64,000 bases of DNA, from NCBI GenBank assembly GCA_934462825.1, contig CAKSIP010000003.1:477-64476 (forward strand). The letters run 5' to 3'. Below are positions 56,252 to 64,000 of this stretch, piece after piece. The position numbers and the translations under genes are program-made. This DNA comes from an uncultured Eubacteriales bacterium (GTDB taxonomy: Bacteria; Bacillota; Clostridia; Oscillospirales; CAG-272). Under the pieces are notes generated by a model. That model saw only the letters and a list, made by a program, of their open reading frames with translations, was not told where the DNA came from and did not search any database. How positions within the stretch are numbered: the stretch's first letter is position 1; each line of letters starts with the position of its first letter.

Positions 56252-56278
56252 AGCTTGGAACCGCAGAGAGGAGATCGC

Positions 56279-57397
56279 ATGATTGAAATTCGTAAAGTGA
56301 GAACCCCGGCCGAGATTCGGGCGTATTTGAATTTGCCGTTGCAAATGTATAAAAATTGTCCGTATTTTGTTCCTCCGCTGTATGCGGACGAAAAGAAAAT
56401 GTTCCGGGCTGACTACTATCAATATAAAACCTGCGAGGCGGAGCATTTTCTCGCCTTGCGCGACGGCCGCCCGGTGGGACGAATCACGGCCATTATTCAG
56501 CATGTTTCCAATGAAAAAACAGGCGAAAAACGGCTGCGCTTTACCCATTTCGATGCGCCGGATGACCTGGAGGTGGCACGCGCGCTGTTTGACGCGGCCG
56601 AGGCTTTTGGACGAGAAAAGGGCATGGAAAAGGTGTGCGGCCCGCTCAGCTTCAGCGATCTGGAGCGCGAGGGCCTGCTGATCGACGGGTTTGATCAGCT
56701 TTCCACGTTTGAGGAACAATACAATTATGACTACTATGCCCGGTTGATTGAGGCCTGCGGGTACAGCAAAGAAGTGGATTGGTACGAATATTACCTGACA
56801 TGCCCCGAAACCATTCCCGACATCTATCGCAAGACCGCCGAGCGGATGCTGGAAATGAACGGACTGCACGTCGCCACCGAGCGCAACAAACGCAAATTCA
56901 TTGAAAAATACAAGGACGGAATTTTTCATTGCCTGGACGCCTGCTATGCACCGCTGTACGGAACGGTGCCGATGACGGAGGAAATGAAAAAGCAGATTGT
57001 CGATCAGTTTATGCTGATAATCCGTATTGATTTTGTGTCGGTGATTTGCGACAAGGACGAAAACGTGGTCGCCTTTGGCCTTTGCTTTCCGTCCATGGGA
57101 GAGGCGCTGGCCGGAACCAACGGAAAGCTCACGCCGCGCAATCTTTGCAGGCTTTTGCGTGCCGTGCGGAATCCGAAGGTGCTGGATCTCGGCTTGATCG
57201 CCGTTTTGCCGGAATACCGTTTGCGCGGCGTGAACGCATATTTCCTGTACGGCCTGATGAAGTGGATGAAGGAGCATGACATTGAGCATTTGGAGACGAA
57301 TTTGTGCCTGGAATACAATCAAGCGGTGCAGTCGCAGTGGGACGTGTTCCCCCATCGGATTCATAAAAAAAGACGTTCGTATATTAAGACACTTTGA
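56279..57397 (+). CDS. GNAT-fold acyltransferase-like protein (function unknown)
   Basis: 372 aa with GAGGAGA RBS. The N-terminal MIEIRKV...YKNCPYFVPPLY and the central and C-terminal acyl-CoA N-acyltransferase-like segments (LGLIAVLPEYRLRGVNAYFLYGL) suggest a tandem GNAT fold. The family assignment is from memory only. Confidence 0.4.
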   Translation: MIEIRKVRTPAEIRAYLNLPLQMYKNCPYFVPPLYADEKKMFRADYYQYKTCEAEHFLALRDGRPVGRITAIIQHVSNEKTGEKRLRFTHFDAPDDLEVARALFDAAEAFGREKGMEKVCGPLSFSDLEREGLLIDGFDQLSTFEEQYNYDYYARLIEACGYSKEVDWYEYYLTCPETIPDIYRKTAERMLEMNGLHVATERNKRKFIEKYKDGIFHCLDACYAPLYGTVPMTEEMKKQIVDQFMLIIRIDFVSVICDKDENVVAFGLCFPSMGEALAGTNGKLTPRNLCRLLRAVRNPKVLDLGLIAVLPEYRLRGVNAYFLYGLMKWMKEHDIEHLETNLCLEYNQAVQSQWDVFPHRIHKKRRSYIKTL

Positions 57398-57492
57398 GTC
57401 ACAGCCGGGAAAGGAACTGCATAGAATGATACTGTGACAGCAATGGCGGCGGCCGCAAAAATCGGGCCAATGCCGGGAAGGATGGTAGAACG

Positions 57493-57651
57493 ATGTGCAG
57501 ATCCGTACTGAAAAAACTGATTGGCTTTTGCGCGGTCAGCTTCGGCGCCGGGATTCTTCTTTCGTATATTTTGCCGGGGTTTTTATTGGCGTTTATTGAA
57601 GCGGCCGCTCTCATTACGGCCGGATACCTTTTGTTGGTACACCCTTCTTAA
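57493..57651 (+). CDS. Small hydrophobic protein (52 aa), not in the ORF track
   Basis: ATG 57493 ... TAA 57649-57651 encodes MCRSVLKKLIGFCAVSFGAGILLSYILPGFLLAFIEAAALITAGYLLLVHPS, with two predicted TM helices. GGAAGGATGG lies upstream. Confidence 0.35.
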   Translation: MCRSVLKKLIGFCAVSFGAGILLSYILPGFLLAFIEAAALITAGYLLLVHPS

Positions 57652-57711
57652 GAGGCTTTTCCATAAAAATATTGTGCAAACGGTATCGTACCGAAAACGA
57701 GGTGATGCGAA

Positions 57712-57819
57712 ATGAAAATTGTCATCATGAAGTCTCCCGGATTTCTCTCTCCCTTTCTCAGAAAAATTTTCGGCGTGAAAAAGACAGCAAAAGACAGAAG
57801 AAAGAAAAAAGAATTTTAA
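57712..57819 (+). CDS. spoVM: Stage V sporulation protein M-like micropeptide (35 aa), not in the ORF track
   Basis: GAGGTGA lies 6 nt before the ATG. The product MKIVIMKSPGFLSPFLRKIFGVKKTAKDRRKKKEF matches the SpoVM pattern MK(F/I)..IK.PKFL....R...G (B. subtilis MKFYTIKLPKFLGGIVRAMLGSFRKD). Confidence 0.6.
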   Translation: MKIVIMKSPGFLSPFLRKIFGVKKTAKDRRKKKEF

Positions 57820-57828
57820 ATAGCAAAA

Positions 57829-57872
57829 GGGGGAGTGTTAAAAAACTCAGGATGAGTTTTTTAACACTCCCC
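57829..57872. repeat. Palindromic A-run/T-run element, copy f
   Basis: gggggagtgttaaaaaactc-aggat-gagttttttaacactcccc, between convergent genes. The core and the right flank are nearly identical to copy d. Confidence 0.85.
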
Positions 57873-57908
57873 AACGACATTGGTCTCAGCGGCGAAGGCG
57901 CCTTTGCG

Positions 57909-58451
57909 TCAGCCGCCGTGATTTTGCTGCAAGGCCGCCGCATTGTAGAGGCGGAAGGAGCAAAGCGCCTTGTCGATCAGCTGCAGGTACACGACGCAGT
58001 TGTCTCCGTTTTCATCCGAGCAAAAAACAGCATAGGCCTCGGCGCTGTCGAGCGAGGACACAAAATAAAATTCATGTTGAGGATCAAATTCATCCACGGC
58101 GCGTGCCGTGGCTTTTTCGTCAGCGGGAAGAACGCGCAAAACGTCGCGCATATCCAAAGTCAGAACCGTTTTGCGGGAGCGCCCCCCGTAAATCCGCGAA
58201 ATGGTAAGAATACCGGCCTCGGCCACATATTCGTATTCCACATTGACGTACCGCCAGGTGAAGAAGACTAACATCCATGTTGTCAAAGGAATCAGGGCAA
58301 GCAGCGGCACCAAAATCCGGGTAAGCAGGCCAAACACCAACCATAAAAGAACAAAAAGAACATAGCTCGCAAGCAACAGTCCGCGCCGAAGCTGCAACTT
58401 TGCGTTCTTTTTCGGTTGAATGACATATTCATATCTTTCAAAAGCGTCCAT
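57909..58451 (-). CDS. Two-TM membrane protein of unknown function
   Basis: Start set at MDAFERYEYVIQP. It has two adjacent hydrophobic helices and then a soluble domain of about 110 aa. No family recognised. Confidence 0.5.
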   Translation of the reverse strand: MDAFERYEYVIQPKKNAKLQLRRGLLLASYVLFVLLWLVFGLLTRILVPLLALIPLTTWMLVFFTWRYVNVEYEYVAEAGILTISRIYGGRSRKTVLTLDMRDVLRVLPADEKATARAVDEFDPQHEFYFVSSLDSAEAYAVFCSDENGDNCVVYLQLIDKALCSFRLYNAAALQQNHGG

Positions 58452-58633
58452 GACAAGGAGAACCTCTCTTTTTGATAAAAAGGGAAACGTCCCGAAGGCC
58501 GTTTCGCTTATAATTGCACCTCTTATTATACACGCTTTTGCTTTCCTTTGCAAGACGTGCCTGCGCAATTTTTATTATGGACTTGATTTTTTGAGGGGAA
58601 TCGTGTAAAATAGTATGCGATAACACATATCGC

Positions 58634-59428
58634 ATGAAAGGATACCGTCCAATGAATGATCCGATGAAAAATCAAGAAGCTACCGTCCCATCGACCGATA
58701 CGGACACACAACGCGGCCTTTTTCCCGAACTGACGGAATTGATGCGGGCGGCCGTGGCGGATGCCGATTTGCACAGCTTTGAAATCCCCTCGCTGGATCT
58801 CTATATTGATCAGATCCTTACGCTGGTTTCGGAAAAAAACGAAACGGCCGGCGCCCGGTACCGGGAAAATGTTTTGACGAAAACCATGGTGAACAACTAT
58901 TCCAAAGAAGGCCTGATCAGCTCGATTAAGGGAAAAAAATACACCAAGGAGCAAATTCTGCAAATTTTGTTGATTTGTTCGCTGAAAAATACCGTTTCCA
59001 TCTCGGATGTCAAACGGATTTTGCAGGGCGTTTACGGAGAGGGCTTCAACGGCTCCGCGCTGGAGGAGAGCTATGAGCGTTATCTGGCTATCAAGGCGAA
59101 AAATCGGGATCGCGCCATGCTGGCGGCCGAGACGCTGATGCAGAAAGAAGAGCTGACGCTGACGGACAGCCGGGATTATTTTGTCGGCTTGCTTGGCCTT
59201 TTATCGCTTTCGGTTTATTTGAAAAATATCGCTCTCGTCATGATGGAAGCGCGCTACCCGGATCCCGCCGCCCGCGAGGAGGAAAAGGCGCGCACGGCGA
59301 AGGAAGCGCGCGAGCGCGAGAAGGAAGATAAAGAAAAGGACAAAGATAAAGATAAAGATAAAGAAAAAGACAAAGATAAAAAAGGAAAGGCAGGGGAATC
59401 GGGCAATGTTCGTAAGCAATCCAAGTAA
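58634..59428 (+). CDS. DUF1836-like protein with a C-terminal (D/E)K repeat tail
   Basis: IPSLDLYIDQILTLVSEK...LTKTMVNNYSKEGLISSIKGKKYTKEQILQILLICSLK resembles DUF1836. The tail EDKEKDKDKDKDKEKDKDKKGK is encoded by GA(T/C/A)AA(A/G) hexamer repeats. Confidence 0.6.
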   Translation: MKGYRPMNDPMKNQEATVPSTDTDTQRGLFPELTELMRAAVADADLHSFEIPSLDLYIDQILTLVSEKNETAGARYRENVLTKTMVNNYSKEGLISSIKGKKYTKEQILQILLICSLKNTVSISDVKRILQGVYGEGFNGSALEESYERYLAIKAKNRDRAMLAAETLMQKEELTLTDSRDYFVGLLGLLSLSVYLKNIALVMMEARYPDPAAREEEKARTAKEAREREKEDKEKDKDKDKDKEKDKDKKGKAGESGNVRKQSK

Positions 59429-61061
59429 AAAAGCACGGAGCGGCCGGCTGGCGGTGCTGTTGCTTGCGGGCGTTCTTTTTGTCGCTTGCCTTGTGGGATG
59501 CGCGCAACAAGAGCCTTTTGTGTTTGAAGAACGCAACGGGGAAGCCGTGCTTGTCAATTACCGCGGCAAGGGAATCCAAAGCGTTACGGTTCCGGCCGAT
59601 TGGAACGGGCTTCCCGTGACGGCCATTGGCAATTTTGCCTTTGCGCATACTGTTTCTCTGAAAACGGTGATCTTGCCGGACACCGTGCAGTCCGTGGGGG
59701 ACTATGCCTTTTTGAACTGTGCCGGCCTTGAAACGATGGCCTTGCCGACCGCGTGTCGCTCGGTTGGCGCGTATGCGTTTTCGGGCTGTTCTTCGCTGAC
59801 GGAGGCTTCCATGCCCGGCGTGACCGAGCTGCCCGAGGGACTTTTCCGAAACTGCTTTGCCCTGCATCGCTTGTCCGCAGGGAAGGCGGTGACTATCGGA
59901 GACTATGCCTTTGCGGGCTGCGTGTCTTTGGAGACTTACGATACCGGAAAGGAAATGGAAAAGCTCGGTTCTCATGTGTTTGACGGCTGTACAGCCCTGC
60001 GCCGGATTGATCTCGGCCCTGCCGTCAAGGAAATAGGAGCGTATTGCTTTTTCGGAAGCGAAGCCTCGGTTTACTTTAATGAAAACAACCGAATGGACAG
60101 GCTTCCGGCGCAATGCTTTGCCGGGTGCTTGGGGGAAGAAATCCGATTGCCGGCAGACCTGTTTTATATCGGCTCCGATTGCTTTTCGGCGTGTACGGCC
60201 AAGGTGATTTTTTCGGGCGACCGGCTCACGGAGCTGTCGGACGGCGCTTTCCGTGATTATCTCGGCGAGACGTTGTCACTGCCGTCCTCTTTGACGCGAT
60301 TGGGACAGGAGGCGTTTGCCGGGTGTGTCCGTCTGTCCTCCTTGACTTTGCCGACGAATGTGACATATATGGGGGAAAAGCTATTCTACGATATGACGGG
60401 GGAGATTCTGTTTGCCCCCGATGCGGCGCTTACCGCCCTTTCGGAGAAGGCGTTTTCCGGCTATCAAGGGGCAACGCTTCGCCTCCCCAACTCCCTCTGC
60501 CGTCTTGACAAAAATGCTTTTGACGGTTGCCGGGCCGATGTGGACTTGACCGATTGCACCAATCTGACCGAGATCGGCACCTACGCTTTTCAAAATTATC
60601 GCGGGCGGAAAATTCTGCTGCCCGACACCCTGACTAAGGTGGAGACGGAGGCCTTCAGCAGCTGTTCGCAGCTGAAAGAAATCCGCCTGCCTGACAGTGT
60701 GACCGAACTGCCGGATATGCTGTTTGCCAACTGCTTTGAGTTGACTAAAGTTACGCTGGGCAAGCACGTGGAGCGGATCGGCAAGTATACCTTTTATGCT
60801 TGTTGGGAGCTGACCGAGATGACAACCCCCGAAAGCCTGACGGAAATTGGAGAAAAAGCCTTTTTTGAATGTAACAAGCTCGTTACCGTGCGGCTCAATC
60901 GAGGTCTTAAGACGATCGGATCGGAGGCCTTTCAGAATTGCCCGGCGCTTTTGACAATCTTTTATGCCGGGACGGAGCAGGAATGGAAGGACGTTGTGCT
61001 GGTCGGCGGCAAAAGCGCTATCGGATACACGACCGTTCTTTGCGCCGATTCCGCATCCTGA
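59406..61061 (+). CDS. BspA-type leucine-rich-repeat (LRR_5) lipoprotein
   Basis: Signal and lipobox LLAGVLFVACLVGC. Repeats of about 23 aa follow, of the type IG.YAF..C..L..I.LP..V..I. The start overlaps the preceding gene by 23 nt. Confidence 0.8.
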   Translation: MFVSNPSKKARSGRLAVLLLAGVLFVACLVGCAQQEPFVFEERNGEAVLVNYRGKGIQSVTVPADWNGLPVTAIGNFAFAHTVSLKTVILPDTVQSVGDYAFLNCAGLETMALPTACRSVGAYAFSGCSSLTEASMPGVTELPEGLFRNCFALHRLSAGKAVTIGDYAFAGCVSLETYDTGKEMEKLGSHVFDGCTALRRIDLGPAVKEIGAYCFFGSEASVYFNENNRMDRLPAQCFAGCLGEEIRLPADLFYIGSDCFSACTAKVIFSGDRLTELSDGAFRDYLGETLSLPSSLTRLGQEAFAGCVRLSSLTLPTNVTYMGEKLFYDMTGEILFAPDAALTALSEKAFSGYQGATLRLPNSLCRLDKNAFDGCRADVDLTDCTNLTEIGTYAFQNYRGRKILLPDTLTKVETEAFSSCSQLKEIRLPDSVTELPDMLFANCFELTKVTLGKHVERIGKYTFYACWELTEMTTPESLTEIGEKAFFECNKLVTVRLNRGLKTIGSEAFQNCPALLTIFYAGTEQEWKDVVLVGGKSAIGYTTVLCADSAS

Positions 61062-61128
61062 CGGCGAAAAAGAAAGAGAGAGCACACGCGAAATCGCAAG
61101 CCAATAAGGGCAAAGCCAAGCGCAAAGG

Positions 61129-61794
61129 CTACTGTTTCGCCGTACCGTCCGGCGGCAGGGGAGCACCGGCCTGTGTCGGCGTGAAATCGGTCAGAGTGAT
61201 TTCGCAAGGGGTGTCGGTGCGCGTGATGGCGATGGGAGCTTGCGTTTTTGGATGGATGAAAACCCGACAGGGGCCAACGGTGACGGCCGTGACGCGTATT
61301 CCGTCTTTTTGACAGCTTTCCACGCGATCTATCGACTCTTTGAGAAACAACACCTGCGCGAGAGCGTCGAGAAAGGGCGGTGCCGCGCCGTCCGGCAGAA
61401 AATCATCTACGGCTCCGAGCTTCAACCGAAAACGGCCGTTGCTTTCGGCCCGGATGAATAGCCCGGCTATCGTTTCGGGCGAGGTAAACGTCAGAGAAAA
61501 AACACGCTCGTTTTCGCTTGGGCTTTCCGCTTCCAAGCGCCCCGACGCGGTGATTTTGTCGGTTTTCAGAATAAACCCGGCGGAAAAGCGGCCTTGCAGT
61601 CCCAAAAGAGGATTTTGGGAGCGCGGTTGCATGTGGCAGGAAGAAAAAAGAAGCCCGAAGAAAAGCGGAAAGCACAGCAAGGCAGCCCCGATACGCCGGA
61701 TTTCGGCCGTTCGGAACAGGCGGTGCGTTGTCCGCCCCTTCGGATACGGAGGCTTGGGGGCAGATGAGAACGAGAAAACGGGACTTTGATTCAT
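61129..61794 (-). CDS. Putative lipoprotein of unknown function
   Basis: Start at MNQSPVF with GAAAGGA upstream. The hydrophobic segment ends in the lipobox-like LFSSC. No family recognised. Confidence 0.5.
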   Translation of the reverse strand: MNQSPVFSFSSAPKPPYPKGRTTHRLFRTAEIRRIGAALLCFPLFFGLLFSSCHMQPRSQNPLLGLQGRFSAGFILKTDKITASGRLEAESPSENERVFSLTFTSPETIAGLFIRAESNGRFRLKLGAVDDFLPDGAAPPFLDALAQVLFLKESIDRVESCQKDGIRVTAVTVGPCRVFIHPKTQAPIAITRTDTPCEITLTDFTPTQAGAPLPPDGTAKQ

Positions 61795-61995
61795 AAAAAA
61801 TCCTTTCTGTGCCGAAATCGGCGCCAACGGGAAAAGCCGGCCGTGCTTTTCCGGCACCCTGACGGTTCCATAACACTCTTTTTCATTTTTCTTTTGATTT
61901 TTTGACTTTCCTTTTATCCTATGAAAAAACAAAACCTTTCATGCAAAGAAAGCGAGACGCTGCCGTGGAAATCCATGCCGCGGTTCGCTTTTCTC

Positions 61996-62024
61996 TTGCA
62001 AAATACCGAGAAATGTAGTATAAT
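61996..62024 (+). promoter_or_regulatory. Sigma-A-type promoter upstream of the terminal lipoprotein gene
   Basis: TTGCAA, a 17-nt spacer, then TATAAT. Confidence 0.55.
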
Positions 62025-62097
62025 GTAACATGCAGTTTATAAGGACGCTGTGCGAATCCGATAGCGGTTGCGCAGTACCAAGCAGGAGGGAAAAAAC

Positions 62098-64000
62098 ATG
62101 CAGAAAACGAAGAAAAAGAAAAGCAGTGGCACAGGTAAATTTATGCAGCGCCTACTTGCACTTTGTTGTGCCGTTTTGATGATCTCCTCGATACCGGCGC
62201 TGTTTTCCTCCTGCGCGAAAGGCGGAAAAAAATCGGACGCCAACTTTGTCAGCATTTCCAAAGACGGAAAAAAGATCTCTGTGAAAGCGCCGGTGGAAAA
62301 CGGAGCCTCCGAGGTGTATTTGATGGCGGCCGATTTGTGGCAAACATCGGCGCTGGATGCGCTTGAAATTGCCCCGGCCAAAGTGAAGGGAGGCGAAGCG
62401 AGCGCTTCCTTCCGTCCCGACGGAAATCTGTCGTCGGTGCTTTGCAAGGGCTACTTTTTTGCGGAAAAGACCGGGGACGGCATTTATCGGGCCGTTTCCT
62501 CCACCTTTTATGCCACCGATCCCAAGGCCGTGCATCGCAACGGCGCCGACGTCCGTGAAGATCGTCGTCCGGGGCCGATTAAGGGCGCGGTAGGCAATGT
62601 TTCGGGCCTTGTGGAGCTTGGGGCGAAATATACCTCTGTCACGGTGGACATCGGAAAAATGATGCGCCAAAACGGCGGCATCGGCACCATGGCTTATACA
62701 TGGAACGGCTTGACGTATTATCTTTCGCGGGACGCGGTAGAGGCGCTGGACAAGGAAATTCGCGCTTATACCGACGCGGGGATTTATGTAAGCCTTTCGC
62801 TGGTGCAGACCGTGCATTATAACGATTTGCCGGCCGGTGTGCGCGACATTGCGTTTGTCAGCAGCGCCAAGGCGAATGGCTATGCCTGGAACATGACCAC
62901 CCGCGAGGGCGCCGGCCGCCTGTGCGGATTTTTGGACTTTTTGGCGGCGCGTTACGGCAATGGCGGGGAGTACGGCAAGGCCTGTTCCTTCGTTATCGGA
63001 CACAACGTCAATACGTTCTCTGACAACTATGCGAGCAATTTGGCCGTGGATGCTGCCGTGCAGAATTACGTCAATGCCGTGCGTATGGCGTATAATATTC
63101 TTTTGTCCCATACGGCGGAGGGGAAGGTTTACATATCCCTCGGCAACAATTGGAATGTGGCTTCGGCCGGTGGCTGGAACAGCCGTGAGTTTTTGTCGGC
63201 CTTTAACAATATGGCTTCGGCCGGCGGGGACTTTTTCTGGCAGGTGGCGGTTTCGGCCAACGCCTCGGATCTTTCCAACAGCGCCATTTGGGAGGACAGT
63301 CTGGTTGCGGAAAATCCGAGCTTCCTTTCGCCTGCCAATATTGAAATTTTGCAAAATCTATTGGCAACCGACACTTTTATCTGTCGCGGCAGACAGCGGC
63401 ACCTGCTCCTGACCGATTTTGTCGTGGGGGGCGGTGATGCGGAAAAGCAGGCGGCTTCCTATGCGTTTGCTTATTATAAATGTCTCGACGTCAATACGGT
63501 GGATGCTTTGATTTACGGCCAATTGCGCGACAGCGCGAAAAGCACCCTGCAGAGCGGCCTTTATACCGCCGGAGGAGAAAACAGCTTCTCCGAAAGAAAA
63601 AAGATCGCGGACGTGTTTGCTTCGATTGATAACGTCAATCAGGGGGATCTGTCCTTTGTCAAAACCTTGATTGGAGAAAAATGGACGCTTCTTTATAAGA
63701 GCCACACCAAACAGGCGATTGTCCGCAAGGTCACGCACGGCTCGGAATGTCATACTACCAGCGGACTTGACCGAAAGCTTTTAACCGACTTTACCGGACG
63801 CAACAGCGTGGGTATGTACGGGGGCGATCTGTACGGTTTTTCGCCTGCGTTTAACGCCGACTTTGTCGAGCTGCGGTATTCGGCCGCCTATGAGCGCCCG
63901 GCCCTGTACGCGGCGCTGTCGGCCGTCCATGCTTCGGATAAAGCCGGGGTGGTGACCGGGAGAATTTCCATAAAAGAGTTGAAAAAAGTGGGCTTTTTGG
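62098..64000 (+). CDS. Large lipoprotein, possibly glycoside-hydrolase-like (TIM-barrel type); the 3' end lies outside the window
   Basis: Not in the ORF track because no stop is reached. AGGAGGG lies 8 nt before the ATG at 62098. The product starts MQKTKKKKSSGTGKFMQRLLALCCAVLMISSIPALFSSC (lipobox). The frame stays open to base 63999. Segments such as WNGLTYYLSRDAVEALDKEIRAYTDAGIYVSLSLV and FVIGHNVN are reminiscent of GH-like domains. The family call is weak. Confidence 0.6.
   Translation, partial: MQKTKKKKSSGTGKFMQRLLALCCAVLMISSIPALFSSCAKGGKKSDANFVSISKDGKKISVKAPVENGASEVYLMAADLWQTSALDALEIAPAKVKGGEASASFRPDGNLSSVLCKGYFFAEKTGDGIYRAVSSTFYATDPKAVHRNGADVREDRRPGPIKGAVGNVSGLVELGAKYTSVTVDIGKMMRQNGGIGTMAYTWNGLTYYLSRDAVEALDKEIRAYTDAGIYVSLSLVQTVHYNDLPAGVRDIAFVSSAKANGYAWNMTTREGAGRLCGFLDFLAARYGNGGEYGKACSFVIGHNVNTFSDNYASNLAVDAAVQNYVNAVRMAYNILLSHTAEGKVYISLGNNWNVASAGGWNSREFLSAFNNMASAGGDFFWQVAVSANASDLSNSAIWEDSLVAENPSFLSPANIEILQNLLATDTFICRGRQRHLLLTDFVVGGGDAEKQAASYAFAYYKCLDVNTVDALIYGQLRDSAKSTLQSGLYTAGGENSFSERKKIADVFASIDNVNQGDLSFVKTLIGEKWTLLYKSHTKQAIVRKVTHGSECHTTSGLDRKLLTDFTGRNSVGMYGGDLYGFSPAFNADFVELRYSAAYERPALYAALSAVHASDKAGVVTGRISIKELKKVGFL

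Noticed and set aside
1-64000. tRNA, rRNA or other classical RNA genes
   Set aside because: Reading the intergenic regions on both strands revealed no cloverleaf-type or rRNA-like sequences. Only the L-box leader was recognisable.

Overview
Chromosomal segment of a moderately GC-rich, spore-forming Firmicute with Clostridia-like gene order; all calls come from reading the ORF translations and the DNA by eye. The left half is core housekeeping. On the minus strand it holds a complete lysine operon using the DapL aminotransferase route (dapA-dapB-dapF-dapL-lysA) behind a lysine riboswitch, then murI, tilS-hpt-ftsH, and yybS-gdpP-rplI-dnaB. On the plus strand it holds dut, uppP, a Toprim gene, a CDF transporter, apbE and the rimP-nusA-ylxR-L7Ae-infB operon. 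Downstream of infB the conserved operon does not continue. About 18 kb of accessory-looking genes follow (29.1-46.8 kb): a 1176-aa lipoprotein with four CBM9-like modules, a degenerate non-coding tandem-repeat array, an EEP nuclease/phosphatase and a flavin reductase. The stand-out feature is a head-to-tail array of six paralogous metallophosphoesterase genes. Four are about 690-aa lipoproteins with two glycosidase-accessory-like N-terminal modules. Two are about 390-aa leaderless, catalytic-domain-only versions. The array shows mosaic similarity among its members. The right part carries a germination cluster (GerA-type subunits, an Amidase_3 protein, a SleC-like cortex lytic enzyme). It also carries a divergent ACP/PlsX/GNAT group, an unlisted 35-aa SpoVM-like ORF, a BspA-type LRR lipoprotein, and a lipoprotein gene that runs off the 3' end and is absent from the ORF track. 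A family of long palindromic elements with an A-run/T-run core marks many gene 3' ends. No tRNA, rRNA, CRISPR array, transposase or integrase was recognised. Many very long antisense ORFs in the track are judged to be codon-bias shadows.
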